Positions 1-13,400 of a DNA stretch of 64,000 nt are shown here, in pieces (position 1 is the first letter of the stretch; every line of letters starts with the position of its first letter). The stretch is taken from contig NIVC01000029.1 in NCBI GenBank assembly GCA_002269645.1, positions 620,001 through 684,000 on the forward strand, written 5' to 3'. A program made the translations under genes and the position numbers. Source of the DNA: Macrostomum lignano. Its lineage: Eukaryota. The notes beneath the pieces are model-generated. The model ran no database searches. It was not told the origin of the DNA and saw only the letters and a program-made list of their open reading frames with translations.

Positions 1-300
1 GATTGTATGAGAGTCTTTAATCGAATTGGTGGTGAGATTGGATGAGGGTCTCTAATCGAATGGGTGAGATTGAATGAGGGTCTCTAATCGAATGGGCGAG
101 ATTGGATGAGGGTCTTTAATCGAATGGGTGAGATTGGATGAGGGTCTTTAATCGAATGGGCGAGATTGGATGAGGGTCTCTAATCGAATAGGGGAGATTG
201 AATGAGGGTCTCTAATCGAATGGGCGAGATTGGATGAGGGTCTCTAATCGAATGGGCGAGATTGAATAAAGGTCTCTAATCGAATAGGTGAGATTAAAGC
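1..300. repeat. 32-bp minisatellite (GCN5 intron)
   Basis: Unit gagattggatgagggtctctaatcgaatgggc. Confidence 0.9.
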
Positions 301-430
301 CAATTCTCTAATCTAGATGGATATAAAGAGCGATTCTGTAATCTCAACTATGGTCTTACATGAGACGCAAAATTCAATTGATTATTACAACAAGAAAGTA
401 CAATATAAATATTGTTATTAAGCCATTTAC

Positions 431-706
431 CTGCGGCAGAGAATCGCAGTACAACGGCAGCCTGCAATGGCAGAGCCATCTGGTATAAGCCACTCTGTAA
501 AGCTCTCCGCCATCCACCGTAGCCAGCAGAGCTGTGTCCCCGCCTGCGGAGGCTGCAGCGGCTGTCAAAGTGGACGATCTGGCAGTTGGGGTCGGCATAC
601 GCCAGTGGTTCAGGGCGTGCACCAGTAGGCGGGCCAGCTCGATTACTTGATCCTGGTCACGTGACGGAGCGCCGGAGAACTTGTATAGGATGAAGTTGCG
701 GAGAGA
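431..706 (-). CDS. KAT2A: GCN5/PCAF exon 5
   Basis: cag|SLRNFILYKFS...YTRWLCHCRLPLYCDSLPQ|gtaaat. Confidence 0.88.
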
Positions 707-3700
707 CTGCGGAACGGGTGCGTGTGGGGTGGTATGTAAGTTTGGGGCAATGCTAGCTTTGGGATATTAGGGTTGGGGATAATGCTAGATTTGGGGTAAT
801 ATTAGGGTTGGGGATAAACACTAGATTTTGGATAATATTAGGGTTGGGGATAAACACTAGATTTGGGATAATATTAGGGTAGGGGATAATGCTAGATTTG
901 GGATAATATTAGAGATGGGGATAAACACTAGATTTGGGATAATATTAGGGATGGGGATAATGCTAGATTTGGGATAATATTAGAGATGGGGATAAACACT
1001 AGATTTGGGATAATATTAGGGATGGGGATAAACACAAGATTTGTGATAATATTAGAGATGGGGATAAACACTAGATTTGTGATAATATTAGAGATGGGGA
1101 TAAACACTAGATTTGGGATAATATTAGAGATGGGGATAAACACTAGATTTGTGATAATATTAGAGATGGGGATAAACACTAGATTTGTGATAATATTAGA
1201 GATGGGGATAAACACTAGATTTGTGATAATATTAGAGATGGGGATAAACACTAGATTTGTGATAATATTAGAGATGGGGATAAACACTAGATTTGGGATA
1301 ATATTAGAGATGGGGATAAACACTAGATTTGGGATAATATTAGGGTTGGGGATAAACACTAGATTCGGGATAATATAAGGGTTGAGGATAGATGCTAGAT
1401 TTAGGATGACATTAAGGTTTGTGATGAAAAGCTATAAAGCTATAAAGGGCTTGCCACAACAGTAAATTAGGGTTGTGTCAAGCCAAGCCACAAAAACAAA
1501 GAAGGCCCTCACCGCAGCCACATTCGGCCGTTCGAACGGCGGCCCTCCGTGTGGGTCGTCGATTGTGGCCTCGAAGTTGCGCTGCACCAGGCACTTGCGC
1601 AGCTTCTATTGGAGTGTCGAGTTTTGTTAGAGAAATTACAATAATTATAGTAAATTGGCACTAAGCTACTTAACAGTAGAAATATAGACAATTTGAAAGC
1701 AAAATTCTTACGAGACTCAATGTGGCCCTTTGTCAATATATTGACAATATATTCTACTCACCTTAAGAACGTGAAAGTAAATCTGTCTGGTCTCTTCGTC
1801 TGTCTCACTTTCAATCAACAAGTAGAGATGCTCAATATCTACTGCTATGCTAATAAGCCGATCCAGATCATAATCTGGCAGAGTAGAAATCACATTGAAC
1901 TGGTGACTGTCTGAAAAAACAAATAATAATTGTTTTTATTGTTGAATATAAATAATAATACAAGCATCAAGTCAAAATGAATACATTTCGATCTAAAAAT
2001 GCTCACCAAGAGAATGACTGCATTCAGAACAAGCAAGTCCAGGTGTCAGTTCCACAACTTTATTGCCTTCCTGTTTCCAGGAACTGCACTTACAGTGGCT
2101 CTCCTACAAGTTAAAATTGTTTTCTTAGTATAGACTAAGACATAGCTTTGGTTCTAAAATATATATTTTTATTTGGTGCATATTGCATATATCGACTATA
2201 AAAACTTCATTCAAACATCATTAAATACAAGGCTTAAGAATAAGTATTTAAATGAATAGAGTATAAAAAATGAATAACTTTTTCATTAGAAAGTAATTTT
2301 AACATTGTGAATCACTTTTAATAAAATAAATTTTTAACATTACATTTATACTAATGCATACCATATCAATCAAATATTATTATAAAATTGATTGATATAT
2401 GCCAATATCTATCCTAGTCATATTTGTTGTAGTGGGGGTTTCTTTATGAACTTCTCTATGTCTTTATGAATGATCCCACCGGTTAGCCACCAGCTGTTGT
2501 AGGGCTACTTTTTTAATTCCTATTATTGACTGTCCTAAAGCTGCCACCAAAGTTGTTACAGGGGTTATTCCTGCTTGTTAATATTGCTGGTTATTACTTG
2601 CCTTTTACTAGTAGCGCATGTACTTCTATTGGTAGCGTCTGTACTTCTATTGGTAGCATATGTACTTTTATTGGTAGTGTATGTACTTTCATTGGTAGCA
2701 TATGTACTTCTATTGTACTTTCTGGCCTGAGCGGTCTTTTAGGCACCATCTATCCTATCCCTATACTCCTCTAAAGATATTATTATCAGTCCTGGGCATT
2801 CCCGGGATCAGAGGGTCACAGTGCACTTCGCTGGGTATTCTGCCCTGAGGCAGGTTTCTCAGACTCTAAGCCTGGATTTCTCTACCCTGTGGTAGGAATT
2901 CTGCCTTCTAAAGGCGGGTTACTAAACTCCTAAGTCTAGGATTTCTCGTTCTCTAAGAACGGACTGAACTCCCAATCTTGGGGCAACTCCTATGTCACTA
3001 GCCACTACTCGAAATAAGTAACACACGTGATCACAAGCCCAAGGCTGATTTAAAGCTTGATCAATGTTCGAAACAATGGTATAAGAAAAGGTTCACAAGG
3101 TTATTTATTTTTGCTCCCAGCTGACTCCTATTTATAATAAAATTTTCTTTGTATTTAAAACAAAGTATTAATACATAGAATATTCAGAATATTTTGTATA
3201 TAAGAAATATTTTGCATATAAGAAATATTTTTAATATTCACATAGTATAACAATAGTAGTATGTTTTTGGAAATGCAACTTTTTCCAAGAAATTGTTATA
3301 AAACTGGAGGCCTATTATATATTGATCATGCCAATCTTATAGCAAATGATTTTATAACAAGCCCACTTATTATTCTAAAATTGATTGATATATGCCAATA
3401 TCTACCCTAGTCATATTGATCATGCCAATCTTATAGCAAATAATTTTATAACAAGCCCACTCCCATATGCCAGATGGGATATATGCCAGAAAATTTCAGG
3501 ATGAAGGCTATCTTCTAGAATTGGAAATATAATGAATTGATTATATAAAAATTTAACTAATTTTAACCAAACCAAAATAATAAATTATAGTATAGCACTA
3601 GCAATCTTTGCCCCCAATGGGGGACTTCTAGATAGAATCTTTGTTCTTTACAAGTAACAAATAGACAACAAAAAAACAATAGACATTCCCTCTAAATAGA

Positions 3701-6222
3701 CAGCATGCAAGCATCCCCCAGATAGCAAGCATCACCCAGACTGCAAGTATCCCCTAGACTGCAAGCAACCCTGTATACAAAGAATCCTTATAGATAGCTA
3801 TAGCAACCCCATCAGATAGCAAGTACCCTCCACCCCAAGAGCAAGCATCTTTCAATATCAAGTTACCCCATATAGCAAGCATAGCCCTAATAGCAATAAT
3901 CTATAATTAAATAGCAAACATCCACCAAGACAACAATTAGCTAGTGCAACAATTTCTTTAGCTTTATAGTGGCTCCTTTATGTTTGGCATGAAGCTTCTT
4001 TTTATGTTTGAAATGGTGTCACTTTTATGCTTGACATGGTGGCAAGTCAGGAAAATGAAAGCAAAGGCGAACATTCACATTTTATCTTTGATAATACGAA
4101 ATTATGAAATTACAATTTATTAATCAATCTTTGCGCAACATGTTTTGCCGAACAATGGGTATCTTTAGGCAAGGCAATAATGTATTTTAGAGAGATGGTA
4201 GATTATTTAAAGTCTAGTAGGCCAAAAAGATTGTAAGTATGGGTAACCGAGTTAGACATGGTGGCTCTTCAATGTTTGAAATGGTGGCTTTTTTATGTTT
4301 GACATGGTGGCTCTTTAATGTTTGACATGGTAGCTCTTTAATGTTTGACATGGTAGCTCTTTATTGTTTGACATGGTGGCTCTCTTATGATTGACATTGT
4401 GGTTCTTTTATGTTTAGAATTTTGTTTTTAAGGTTTTAATAAAAAAATTATTTTGCACTACTAAGATTTGAAACTAGGTTGCTACATTAGTAGTCCAGTC
4501 TATTCATATCTTCTAGACTCTCTTTTCAATTTGAGAACATGGACTGTGGCCCTTATAATTCAATACTTACAACAAGTTGGTTAGAGTAAATTAGATATGA
4601 CATAATCAATTTCTCAGTCAGCCAGTATCAGTCTCAATTTAAGTTAGCAATATGGTTATACAATTTCAATCAAGTCTTATGTGCTTTTTTGGCACTGTTT
4701 TCAACTTGTTGTGATGCAATATTTATCACAATCAGAATTCAGTCAGTCAGGCTTTTTTCTATTTTGCTCATATATGCGCAACAGTCGGCCAAGTCGGGTG
4801 ATCCAGCCAACTGATTTGGCGGCCAACCAAGTTAAGTCGCAAAAATGCCTTGCCCAAACAATACACAAGTAGTATTAATTATATGACAAGGCATTTAGCC
4901 CTTATAAGACAGTCATAGTTACTCCTGCTGTCTATCCAAAATTGCCTTAATTTTGCTTTAGGGTTTCATTCATAGGTAAGTTGCATTTTTGTTAAAACTA
5001 AATTGCATGGCTGACCAAATTTTTTGAGGTTGTATATGTATGATTTTGCTTGACCTTTAAAAAAACAAGTTTTTTGAATATTTAATCCTTTTACCATTGA
5101 GAAATTTCTTAGCCAATATATATGTACCATCCCAGGAAAATTTCTGATCAAATGGTGCAAGTTTAAAGAAAATTGGTTGAGCCATTTTTTTCTTAAATCT
5201 ATTGCATAGCTAGATAGCTAGATAGATAGATAGATACAGACAACTCATTTTTAGTATATAGGATATAGAAACTATAGTATTATATAAACTAAAAGAAACT
5301 ATAGAGGAGACAAATAATACATCATAGCATGTGAGTGCCAAATATAAACAGTTCTATAAATTTGAAATTTTCTAATTTTCAAACATCTTGCTATATATTT
5401 TAACTAAAGGTTAGTTTGGAAAAGATGAAATATATTTAAGACTTCAAAATGACTTATATTAAAATAAAAATGTCATATATAAACAAAAAAGATTATAAGT
5501 GCTAATGTGAAAACAAAAAGCTTTAGTAGTTTAGAGCAAAAATATTGCCAATAAAAATATGCAAAAAAAATCTTTTTTATTTTAAACAAGAAGTTGTAAA
5601 TTATTTTTAGAATGTATTTTGTTAAAACACTGCTTAAATATACTGGCTTTTACTTTAAACATTAATTTTTTAAAATAGTTTCCATATTTAATAAAATTAA
5701 AAAAGCTTCAACTTTGAAAGATTTTGAAATATATTATAAAATAACTTTTATTTTGAATAACTTTGTAAAAAGAGTCCATTTAAATATTACACATTTTTTT
5801 AAATAATATAGGCCTAGCTTTTAAATATATTTAGCTTTAGCTTTATTGCTCTTAGGTTTAAAGTAGGCCTATACTATTTCTTGTAATTTTTCCTTTTGGG
5901 CCACTTGTTTACAATCTCATTGCAGTGCCAATTGAAGGTCTATAATTTGTATTTTCCATAAACCTAGTGCTAGCTTTTTAAATTTAATTTCATATAATAT
6001 GGATTAATTATAAACAATGTACCCAATATAACTTAAAAGCATAAGGCATATATTGTTTATTACATATATATATATTATTAGGCATTAGCTTACCATGCAA
6101 CTAAAGTAGCACATAATTTTTGCAAGCTTTTCGTTTCGGCTTAGATCAAAACAGCCATTTTTTCTAGCACAAACTTTTTCTACAGTCAGAGACATTTCAG
6201 TTACCCGACTACCATTTACCAT
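431..6222 (-). CDS. KAT2A: GCN5/PCAF histone acetyltransferase, 5' part (PCAF_N domain); join 6094-6222, 2007-2103, 1762-1910, 1513-1605, 431-706; continues beyond window start
   Basis: Phase-consistent GT-AG exons translate to RKNGCFDLSRNEKLAKIMCYFSCM/ESHCKCSSWK...CSECSHSL/...RLISIAVDIEHLY...EETRQIYFHVLK/KLRKC...GGPPFERPN/SLRNFILYKFS...LNHWRMPTP...YTRWLCHCRLPLYCDSLPQ. This matches the PCAF N-terminal domain motif by motif. KAT2A and KAT2B cannot be distinguished in an invertebrate. Confidence 0.88.
750..1420. repeat. 36-bp minisatellite (GCN5 intron)
   Basis: Unit atggggataaacactagatttgtgataatattagag. Confidence 0.92.
1513..1605 (-). CDS. KAT2A: GCN5/PCAF exon 4
   Basis: tag|KLRKCLVQRNFEATIDDPHGGPPFERPNVAA|gtgagg. 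Confidence 0.87.
1762..1910 (-). CDS. KAT2A: GCN5/PCAF exon 3
   Basis: cag|..SHQFNVISTLPDYDLDRLISIAVDIEHLY...RQIYFHVLK|gtgagt. Confidence 0.87.
2007..2103 (-). CDS. KAT2A: GCN5/PCAF exon 2
   Basis: tag|ESHCKCSSWKQ...ACSECSHSL|gtgagc; Cys/His zinc-ligand pattern. Confidence 0.85.
2425..3050 (-). mobile_element. Degenerate LTR retrotransposon remnants in GCN5 intron 1
   Basis: Two LTR-end/PBS-like junctions on -: CAACA-gc-TGGTGGCTAACCGGTGGGAT (2473-2499) and TAACA-actt-TGGTGGCAGC (2540-2558). Confidence 0.4.
6094..6222 (-). CDS. KAT2A: GCN5/PCAF first coding exon (start ATG 6222, alternative ATG 6195)
   Basis: MVNGSRVTEMSLTVEKVCARKNGCFDLSRNEKLAKIMCYFSCM, then donor gtaagc; in-frame stop upstream at 6238-6240. 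Confidence 0.75.
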
Positions 6223-7078
6223 TCCACTAATAATGACTTAACTTCTTTGACTTTAGGAAGACTACAAATTTAAGAATATAGATAGCCTAGAAAATTGTAG
6301 CTACAAGCTATAAAATGGTTTAATGCAAATTAGAGTTAAGTAAGCAGTATTACGCTAATACTTGATTGATAAAAAGCAGAAATAGGGCCTAAGATAGAGA
6401 GAAGATAGTGCAAAAAGTACCAGCACATAGCTCACGTTAAATTTGATTCTACGAAATGCAGGTAACGTTTTACGTATTTAAAATATATATTGAATATTAT
6501 TCAGAAGGCATGTTTAAAAATTATAAATAAATAAATGCCTTTAAAGTACAAAATATTTTTGTCAAAAATTTAGTAAAATTGTAATGATGTTTTAATCAGT
6601 GTGGCATTTTTAATTATTTGGCCACACGCAACTTTTTAGCCGAAAGAATCATGCAGCTTTATTTAATGAAATCTTGAATTTGTTACTTGGTAGGTTTGGG
6701 CTGCAAAATTTCATAACTATTAAGTTGCTACATTAAAGTGTATTGCAGGACAATAAGTCAATAAGTTTTTAATGAAGTACAGCGTGTGCATTTCCTGTTT
6801 TATTATCAACGATGGGGATTGGGGACTTCTTTAGACAATTGTGGTTTGAAAATTCAACCCTAGTGGTTAAGAATCTGTAGTAAGATGTATTGAATAAAAA
6901 TGTACCCTTACTTGTGCAAATATTTCGTCTAAAACTCGCTGTACATCAATCTACTTATTTGTCAGTTTTTATGTAAATTATAGCACACGACACAATCGTA
7001 GCTCGTATTTATGCGTTACATCGTCTATAGTATTTTAATAAACTAATACTTCGCTTAATAAGTTATTTGGCTACTCTA

Positions 7079-7235
7079 CAGGCGAGCCAGAAATTTTTTA
7101 CCGGGGGTCCAACTGGTGAGACTACTGCTTACTAGTATTGCGTAAGATAACTGTCACAAAAATTACATGCACCATCCACTGTGACCAGCCCCATGGGGGA
7201 TACATCCCCTTATCCTTCCCTTGCCTAAACCACTG
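7079..7235. mobile_element. Small hAT-type MITE
   Basis: CAG...CTG ends; G-run inside the left end and C-runs inside the right end; near-identical 8-bp flanks ctactcta / ctacttta. Confidence 0.6.
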
Positions 7236-9169
7236 CTACTTTACTAAAAATTGATGTAAAAAACCCTAAAACGCTGTTAAAATGTTAAGAATTCAAATTA
7301 TGCCAGTAGCGACTTCAAACTTAACTAAAAAAAGAACCGGGTGCAAAGCATCAATAGACACATTAGGAAACCCTGACGGTAAAGAATTTTGTTTTTAATA
7401 ATATTGGAAACGCTTATTTTTATATTTTTATATACTAAATTTACATTTGCTCGAATAACAAATAACGTTCATAAGTTCAGAATTAGCTGATAAATTAGGC
7501 CACGACCCACTTGAAAATAATGTATCATATTAAGCTATATCATTTTGTATAGCAATGTTTCCAAGGGCAGAATAAATACACTGACAACTGGATAAGTGTT
7601 CAGTTTCTTGCTTTAAATAATATAACTTCGAGAAGGGCGACAGTGCGAAAGAGTAAGGTATAAATAGCATTTAGAGCGAAGCGAAGGATCAAAAAGATCA
7701 AATTGATGACAAAAAAGTGCACCCAACCAACCAATAGCGAGTGTTAGTAATTCCGCAAAATTATCGAATACAAGGGGAACTATTAGCAATTAGAAGTTGT
7801 GCGTAAAAGCAAAAATTAATAGTTTATAATAATAACATCTATGCTTGAATAGAATCTGTTTCAGCAACCAAATGTTACATAATTTTTTGTTTAAACATTT
7901 TTGATCGACAAGACAAAAGCATTACAATAAATGTGTACACAAACGTAACAGAGACTTCAGCGATAGAAAATAGCGGAAAAACAATTATGGATTTTCTTTA
8001 CTAAAACTGAATAAATCATCTAAGCAAGCAAATAAGTTATAAGGTATAAATGCACCTCCAGCCATCCAAGAGCTCTGCTAACGCTAAGGAAACAGAAAGC
8101 TTGTATATTATACGAGTATTACTTAGCAAATAAAATATTTAGCTGGAATTTCAAAATCAATCACCTCGACATTCAGATAGCTACTGCTAGTAATAACGAT
8201 CGGATATAAAACAAATTTGTATTTGGAAGACACAAATCTGATAAATAGAGAATTACAAGAGTGGGACGATTCCATATTAGTTGTTTAAACATAGTAAAGT
8301 CTTAAAATTGTCCTAAACGTTAGCTGTTTGAAATAATTTCTGATCAAATTTCTGATCATTCTGATTTCTGATAATGCTATTTATTTATAGTACACAGGTA
8401 CTATAAAACATAGTTTTTGATTAGTCTCATTCAAAAACCACAAAAAATAAATAGCCAATAAGACAAGGACAGTTAGCTTATCAGCATAAGATATAGCAGA
8501 ATATATGCACAGAAAGTAAAAAAATCACTGACGGATTTATAATGACAAGGCCATCTAAAGCCGAGAGAAATTCTTCCAATTTAACTCGTTAATAAGTCCA
8601 GCTAATATTTTATTTGTTTCAGGGATAAAAAATATTTATAGGAACATAAAAGCTAATTTTATTCAATGAAAATGTTCAGACAAGGTGAAAAAACATAGAA
8701 GCACACAGAAATGTTAAATATCTTCACATAAGTGCAGTTATGATATAAGAATGAAATCATTGTTTATAGCCTAAACCAGTCACCAAAAGGCTGTTAGTAG
8801 CTAAATATTACCAAATTTAATTTCGGACAGGTATCAAGAAAACAAATAAGAAAAAATTTACAGAGATTATTAATTCGATGGAATGAAAATGTTTGTAGAG
8901 CAAGATCATGTTAAAGCAAACAAAAACACGTATCTTTTAGTGTTACGACTAAATTACGAGCTCAATCAGAGGCCATAAACTCGTGATATAATCATAATAG
9001 AGGTAGGAAAATATATAAATAAATCAGTTTAATTTAGTTCAATAGTGCCAAAAAGATCCGATTCCTTTCTAGCGAGAAAGGGGTGAGGGGATTGAAAATT
9101 AAATAAAACGCACAGTGAGTCAGATGGAGATGCAGTGTTTTAATTGATTACAAAACCTTATCCATTCTA

Positions 9170-9482
9170 GCGAGCAGGCGGAGAGAAATCGAGCGGGATG
9201 GGGGTTTGGTATGGCTGGCCATAAAATCTTTAACCACCCTGGCGCGCAGGCGGAGAGAAATGGAATTGAGGTGTGGGGGTTTGGTTTGGCTGACCATAAA
9301 ATCCTTAACCACCCTGGCGCGCAGGCGGAGAGAAATGGAATTGAGGTGTGGGGGTTTGGTTTGGCTGACCATAAAATCCTTAACCACCCTGGCGCGCAGG
9401 CGGAGAGAAATGGAATTGAGGTGTGGGGGTTTGGTTTGGCTGACCATAAAATCCTTAACCACCCTGGCGCGCAGGCGGAGAA
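9170..9482. repeat. 75-bp tandem repeat, about 4 copies, downstream of the DOP1 stop
   Basis: 25-aa periodicity in all overlapping ORFs. Confidence 0.9.
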
Positions 9483-9739
9483 ATGGAGTAGAGGCTACCC
9501 AATACTCCATGAAAAGTCTATACACACCGAACATGCGCGGGAGGCTAGTAAAAAATGAAAATGACAGGTGGTACTTGATGTTAGGACCGACCAGAAAATC
9601 AATAATCATTATAAAAAATAAACGATTAGTCTCAATTAAATTACTGATAAGTAGATAAGTTTGCAAATTGTATTTACTGCAAAATAAGAGCCACCTAAGC
9701 CATGAATATTATAAGTTAATAATTAATTGTTAACAAGCC

Positions 9740-10403
9740 CTAATTAGAAGCCATCGGCTCTAGAAAGTCGATGAGCAATAATTCTTCGCGTTGAGCGTTC
9801 GGATCGCCGTGTAACGAACAAGGCAACTGCAAATCGGCTGTTGACGCAATGGCCAAACCGGCCGCGGCGGCGTTGCCAGGTTCGCCAGGCTGACAGGCAG
9901 CCAACAGGCGAGCTGACCGGCTGAGATCGAATCGATCGACAAACGACACTAAGAATGGTAGCAGCTCTTGCAGCGAAGCTATCCTAGTCAATGTCAGACG
10001 TTGACAACAGGTGTGCATTGGCGGCGGCAGCTGTATGCCTAATTTATTATCGCTACCGGGTCCATTCTCGCTTCGTTCAGTAGAAGATAGACCACCGTTG
10101 CTTAGCAACCGGCATAGCCGGCGACACACTCGATTCACTAGCGGAGTAAATACACCGGACGTTGACGAGGACTGTCCACCGCTGGAAGAATGATTTCCAA
10201 TCAACGAGTCCTCCGGATCGCCTACTAAACTCCATTTGTAGGCGTGGAACAGTGCGGCCTGAGATTCCTCTAATTGAACGCAGGCGTCGAGCAGTTTAAA
10301 CACGGCCAAATAGAGATCCAGGCGCGACTGGGGCAGCCGGTTCGGCTCCGGCTCCTGTTCGAGCTGCCACAAGGCCGAGTAGATTTCGGGCACGAATACG
10401 TAC
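9740..10403 (-). CDS. DOP1: DOP1 last exon
   Basis: cag|(W)YVFVPEI...YKWSLVG...LQELLPF...IDFLEPMASN* (tag at 9740-9742). Confidence 0.88.
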
Positions 10404-13400
10404 CTGAATTGTATAGGGAGGACAATTACACGTCTGAGATGCTTTTGCACTACCTGTATTGTTTCCTACGCTCACGACATAATCGATCCTTTATTTTATT
10501 CCCTCACTTTACCTTCACACGCTCTTTTACTGTCCTGTTTCAATCCTGCTTAATTTATCTTTCATCTTTTCCTACTCTCACTTATTAACTGACTCTCATC
10601 CTCTCTGACTCTCAGCCTCACTAACTCCTCCGACCCTGAAAACCTCACTGAATCGTACTCTCAGTCTTAACTAACTAAAGGGTACTAACTAAACCTTACC
10701 GAATCTCACCTTCACTGACTTGCATTTACTAACTCGCATCCCTAATGATTATAACCCTTGCTAACTCTAACCCTGAACCAATCTATCCTCACTCACCCAT
10801 CTTCTTTACTCTTCTATCTTCTGCTACTATGCGCTTCTTCCTTACATCTGGCCGATTTAGACTTTCCTCTGGCCCCTGCCACCGCTCTATCTCTCAGTCC
10901 CTCACCCTCTCACTCTCCCAGCCTTCCCCACTATCCAGCCTCTCACCAGAGCGGCGCCAGACTAGCAGCGCTAATCCGCAACAGCAGCACCCTGAAGCAG
11001 AGCATCACAGCGGCATGCAAATGACCGGCAGTGGAGACCCGCAGATTCTCAGTCAGATAGGCTACAACCTCTTGCAACTGCGGCAGGTACTGATCGGATT
11101 CGCCGCAGTAGATTAGGAATGCCAAGCGTTTTACCATGGCGGAGCGTTGGTCCCATTCTTGATCGCGGCTAGAGAACGGATTAGCTGTTGTGGACACAGT
11201 AAGCCTGCAAGCGCGAGGTGAGACTATTTAGACTATAGTAACGATTTTGTAGACTTCTGATTAAATGGGGTGATATTTTGAAACTAGAGATAAAATGGGA
11301 TGAGATTTTGATACTATAGATAAAATGAGGTGAGATTTTGAGACTAGAGATAAAATGAGATGAGATTTTGAGACTAGAGATCAATTGGGGTGAGATTTTA
11401 AGACTCTTGATTAAATAAATGGGGTGAGATTTTGAGACTAGAGATCAATTGGGGTGATATTTTGAGACTCTTGATTAAATGGGGTGAGATTTTGAGACTA
11501 GAGATCAAATGGAATGAGATTTTGAGACTCTTGATTAAATAGGGTGAGATTTTGAGACTAGAGATCAAATGGGATGAGATTTTGAGACTAGAGATTAAAT
11601 GGGGTGAAATTTGAGACTAGAGATAAAATGAGATGAGATTTTAAGACTAGAGATAAAATGAGATGAGATTTTAAGACTAGAGATCAATTGGGGTGAGATT
11701 TTGAGACTCCTGATTAAATGGGGTGAGACTAATGGGGTGAGATTTTGAGACTAGAGATGAAATGTGAGATGAAATAGAGATTAAAGAGACTTTACGTCGA
11801 ACTCACCTAGGAAAGATATCCCTAAACGCCTGTTTAAACTCCGTAGCCATCAAATTGTCAATAATATCAACCCAACATTTCAGTGTGGCCAATGGCATAC
11901 GAAAGAATCCAGTTTCTAATAGCATATCGCTGGCCTCCTTCTTCCAGGCTCGCCGGGTGTACTCTTTGCGGGACAGCTCTTTGAGCACGCCGCTGCAGGC
12001 GTCGAACACCGTGGCATGCGGCCGCTGCTTCAGATGCGGCAGCGCGGCCCGCAGCACCGGGCCAGTCAGGAGGCCCTCGGCTCGATCTCCATTCGGTCCG
12101 AACACGTGATCTAACAGCAGAAACATGGCCTGTTCTAACAGTCGAGCAGCTCGACAGCTTAGAGCGACTTCTTCTTCAGTGCAGGCGACGCTGGCGCGGA
12201 ACCAGCTCTGACGCTCCGCCGTGCTGCCAAGAATGGTGGCCACAGAGGCCACTAGCAACCCAGCCAGGTCCTGCAGATCCCGGCGACCACGAGAATCCCT
12301 GTCGGCCTCTTTCAGCGCTAGTAGGAGAGCATGAAACAGCTCCAGCTGGAGGAAGGGAACCTCGGAACGGGAGCCCGGCAGGCATTCGCGGAGCAAAGAC
12401 TGCAGCTCCGGGCCATGGCTAGAATTTGCAATAATGGATTGCTAATCTATTCAATTTACTACGATGGATTGCTAATCTATGCAATTTGCAATAATGGATT
12501 GCTAATCTATTCAATTTACTATGATGGATTGCTAATCTATGCAATTTGCAATAATGGATTGCTAATCTATGCAATTTGCAGTGATGGATTGCTAATCTAT
12601 GCAATTTGCAATAATGGATTGCTAATCTATGCAATTTGTAATAATGGATTGCTAATCTATGCAATTTGCAGTGATGGATTGCTAATCTATTCAATTTACT
12701 ATGATGGATTGCTAATCTATGCAATTTGCAATAATGGATTGCTAATCTATGCAAGTTGCAATAATGGATTGCTAATCTATGCAATTTGCAGTGATGAATT
12801 GCTAATATATGCAATTTGCAGTGATGGATTGCTAATCTAGCCAATTATCCTAATGGATTGCCAATGCCAATCTATTCAACTATACTAATGAATTGCTTAT
12901 CTATCCAATTATACTAATGAATTGCTTATCTATCCAATTATACTAATGAATTGCTTATCTATCCAATTATACTAATAAATTGCTTATCTGTCTAATATAT
13001 TGTAGTTGATTGCTAATCTATGCACACCCATTTGAGCGACAGGATCAAAGATTAAACTCACCTAGCCAACACTTTCGCATTCAGTCGTTTAGCCACGCAA
13101 ACTGTCGGCTTCAAGGCGGCCTGATTAGTTCGACAAGAGTTTAATAAATCTTTCAACGGCACCAGATCGATAAGAGCGTCAACAAATGTAGCGTCTTCCT
13201 GCAGTTCGGCACTGGAAGCGGCAGTCAGTAGCATGTTCAAGTCGTCCGACACAACCAGTTGAAGAATGCGCCTAACCGGCCCCTGCTTGGTGGAGTAGCG
13301 CAACAGGCAAGGCAGCAGCCTGGGCAGGCACCGGTGCGCGCTGGCGTCCCTGGCGCGTAGGGCTCGGTCAAGGACGCCGTGAAGGCAGGCCAGAGCCATC

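Noticed and set aside
928-1378. ORFs of 130-143 aa on both strands
   Set aside because: Translations of the 36-bp intronic minisatellite
6911-6950. Minus-strand AG...GT-bounded peptide IDVQRVLDEIFAQ
   Set aside because: It cannot be linked in phase to the GCN5 first coding exon, and has no recognisable homology
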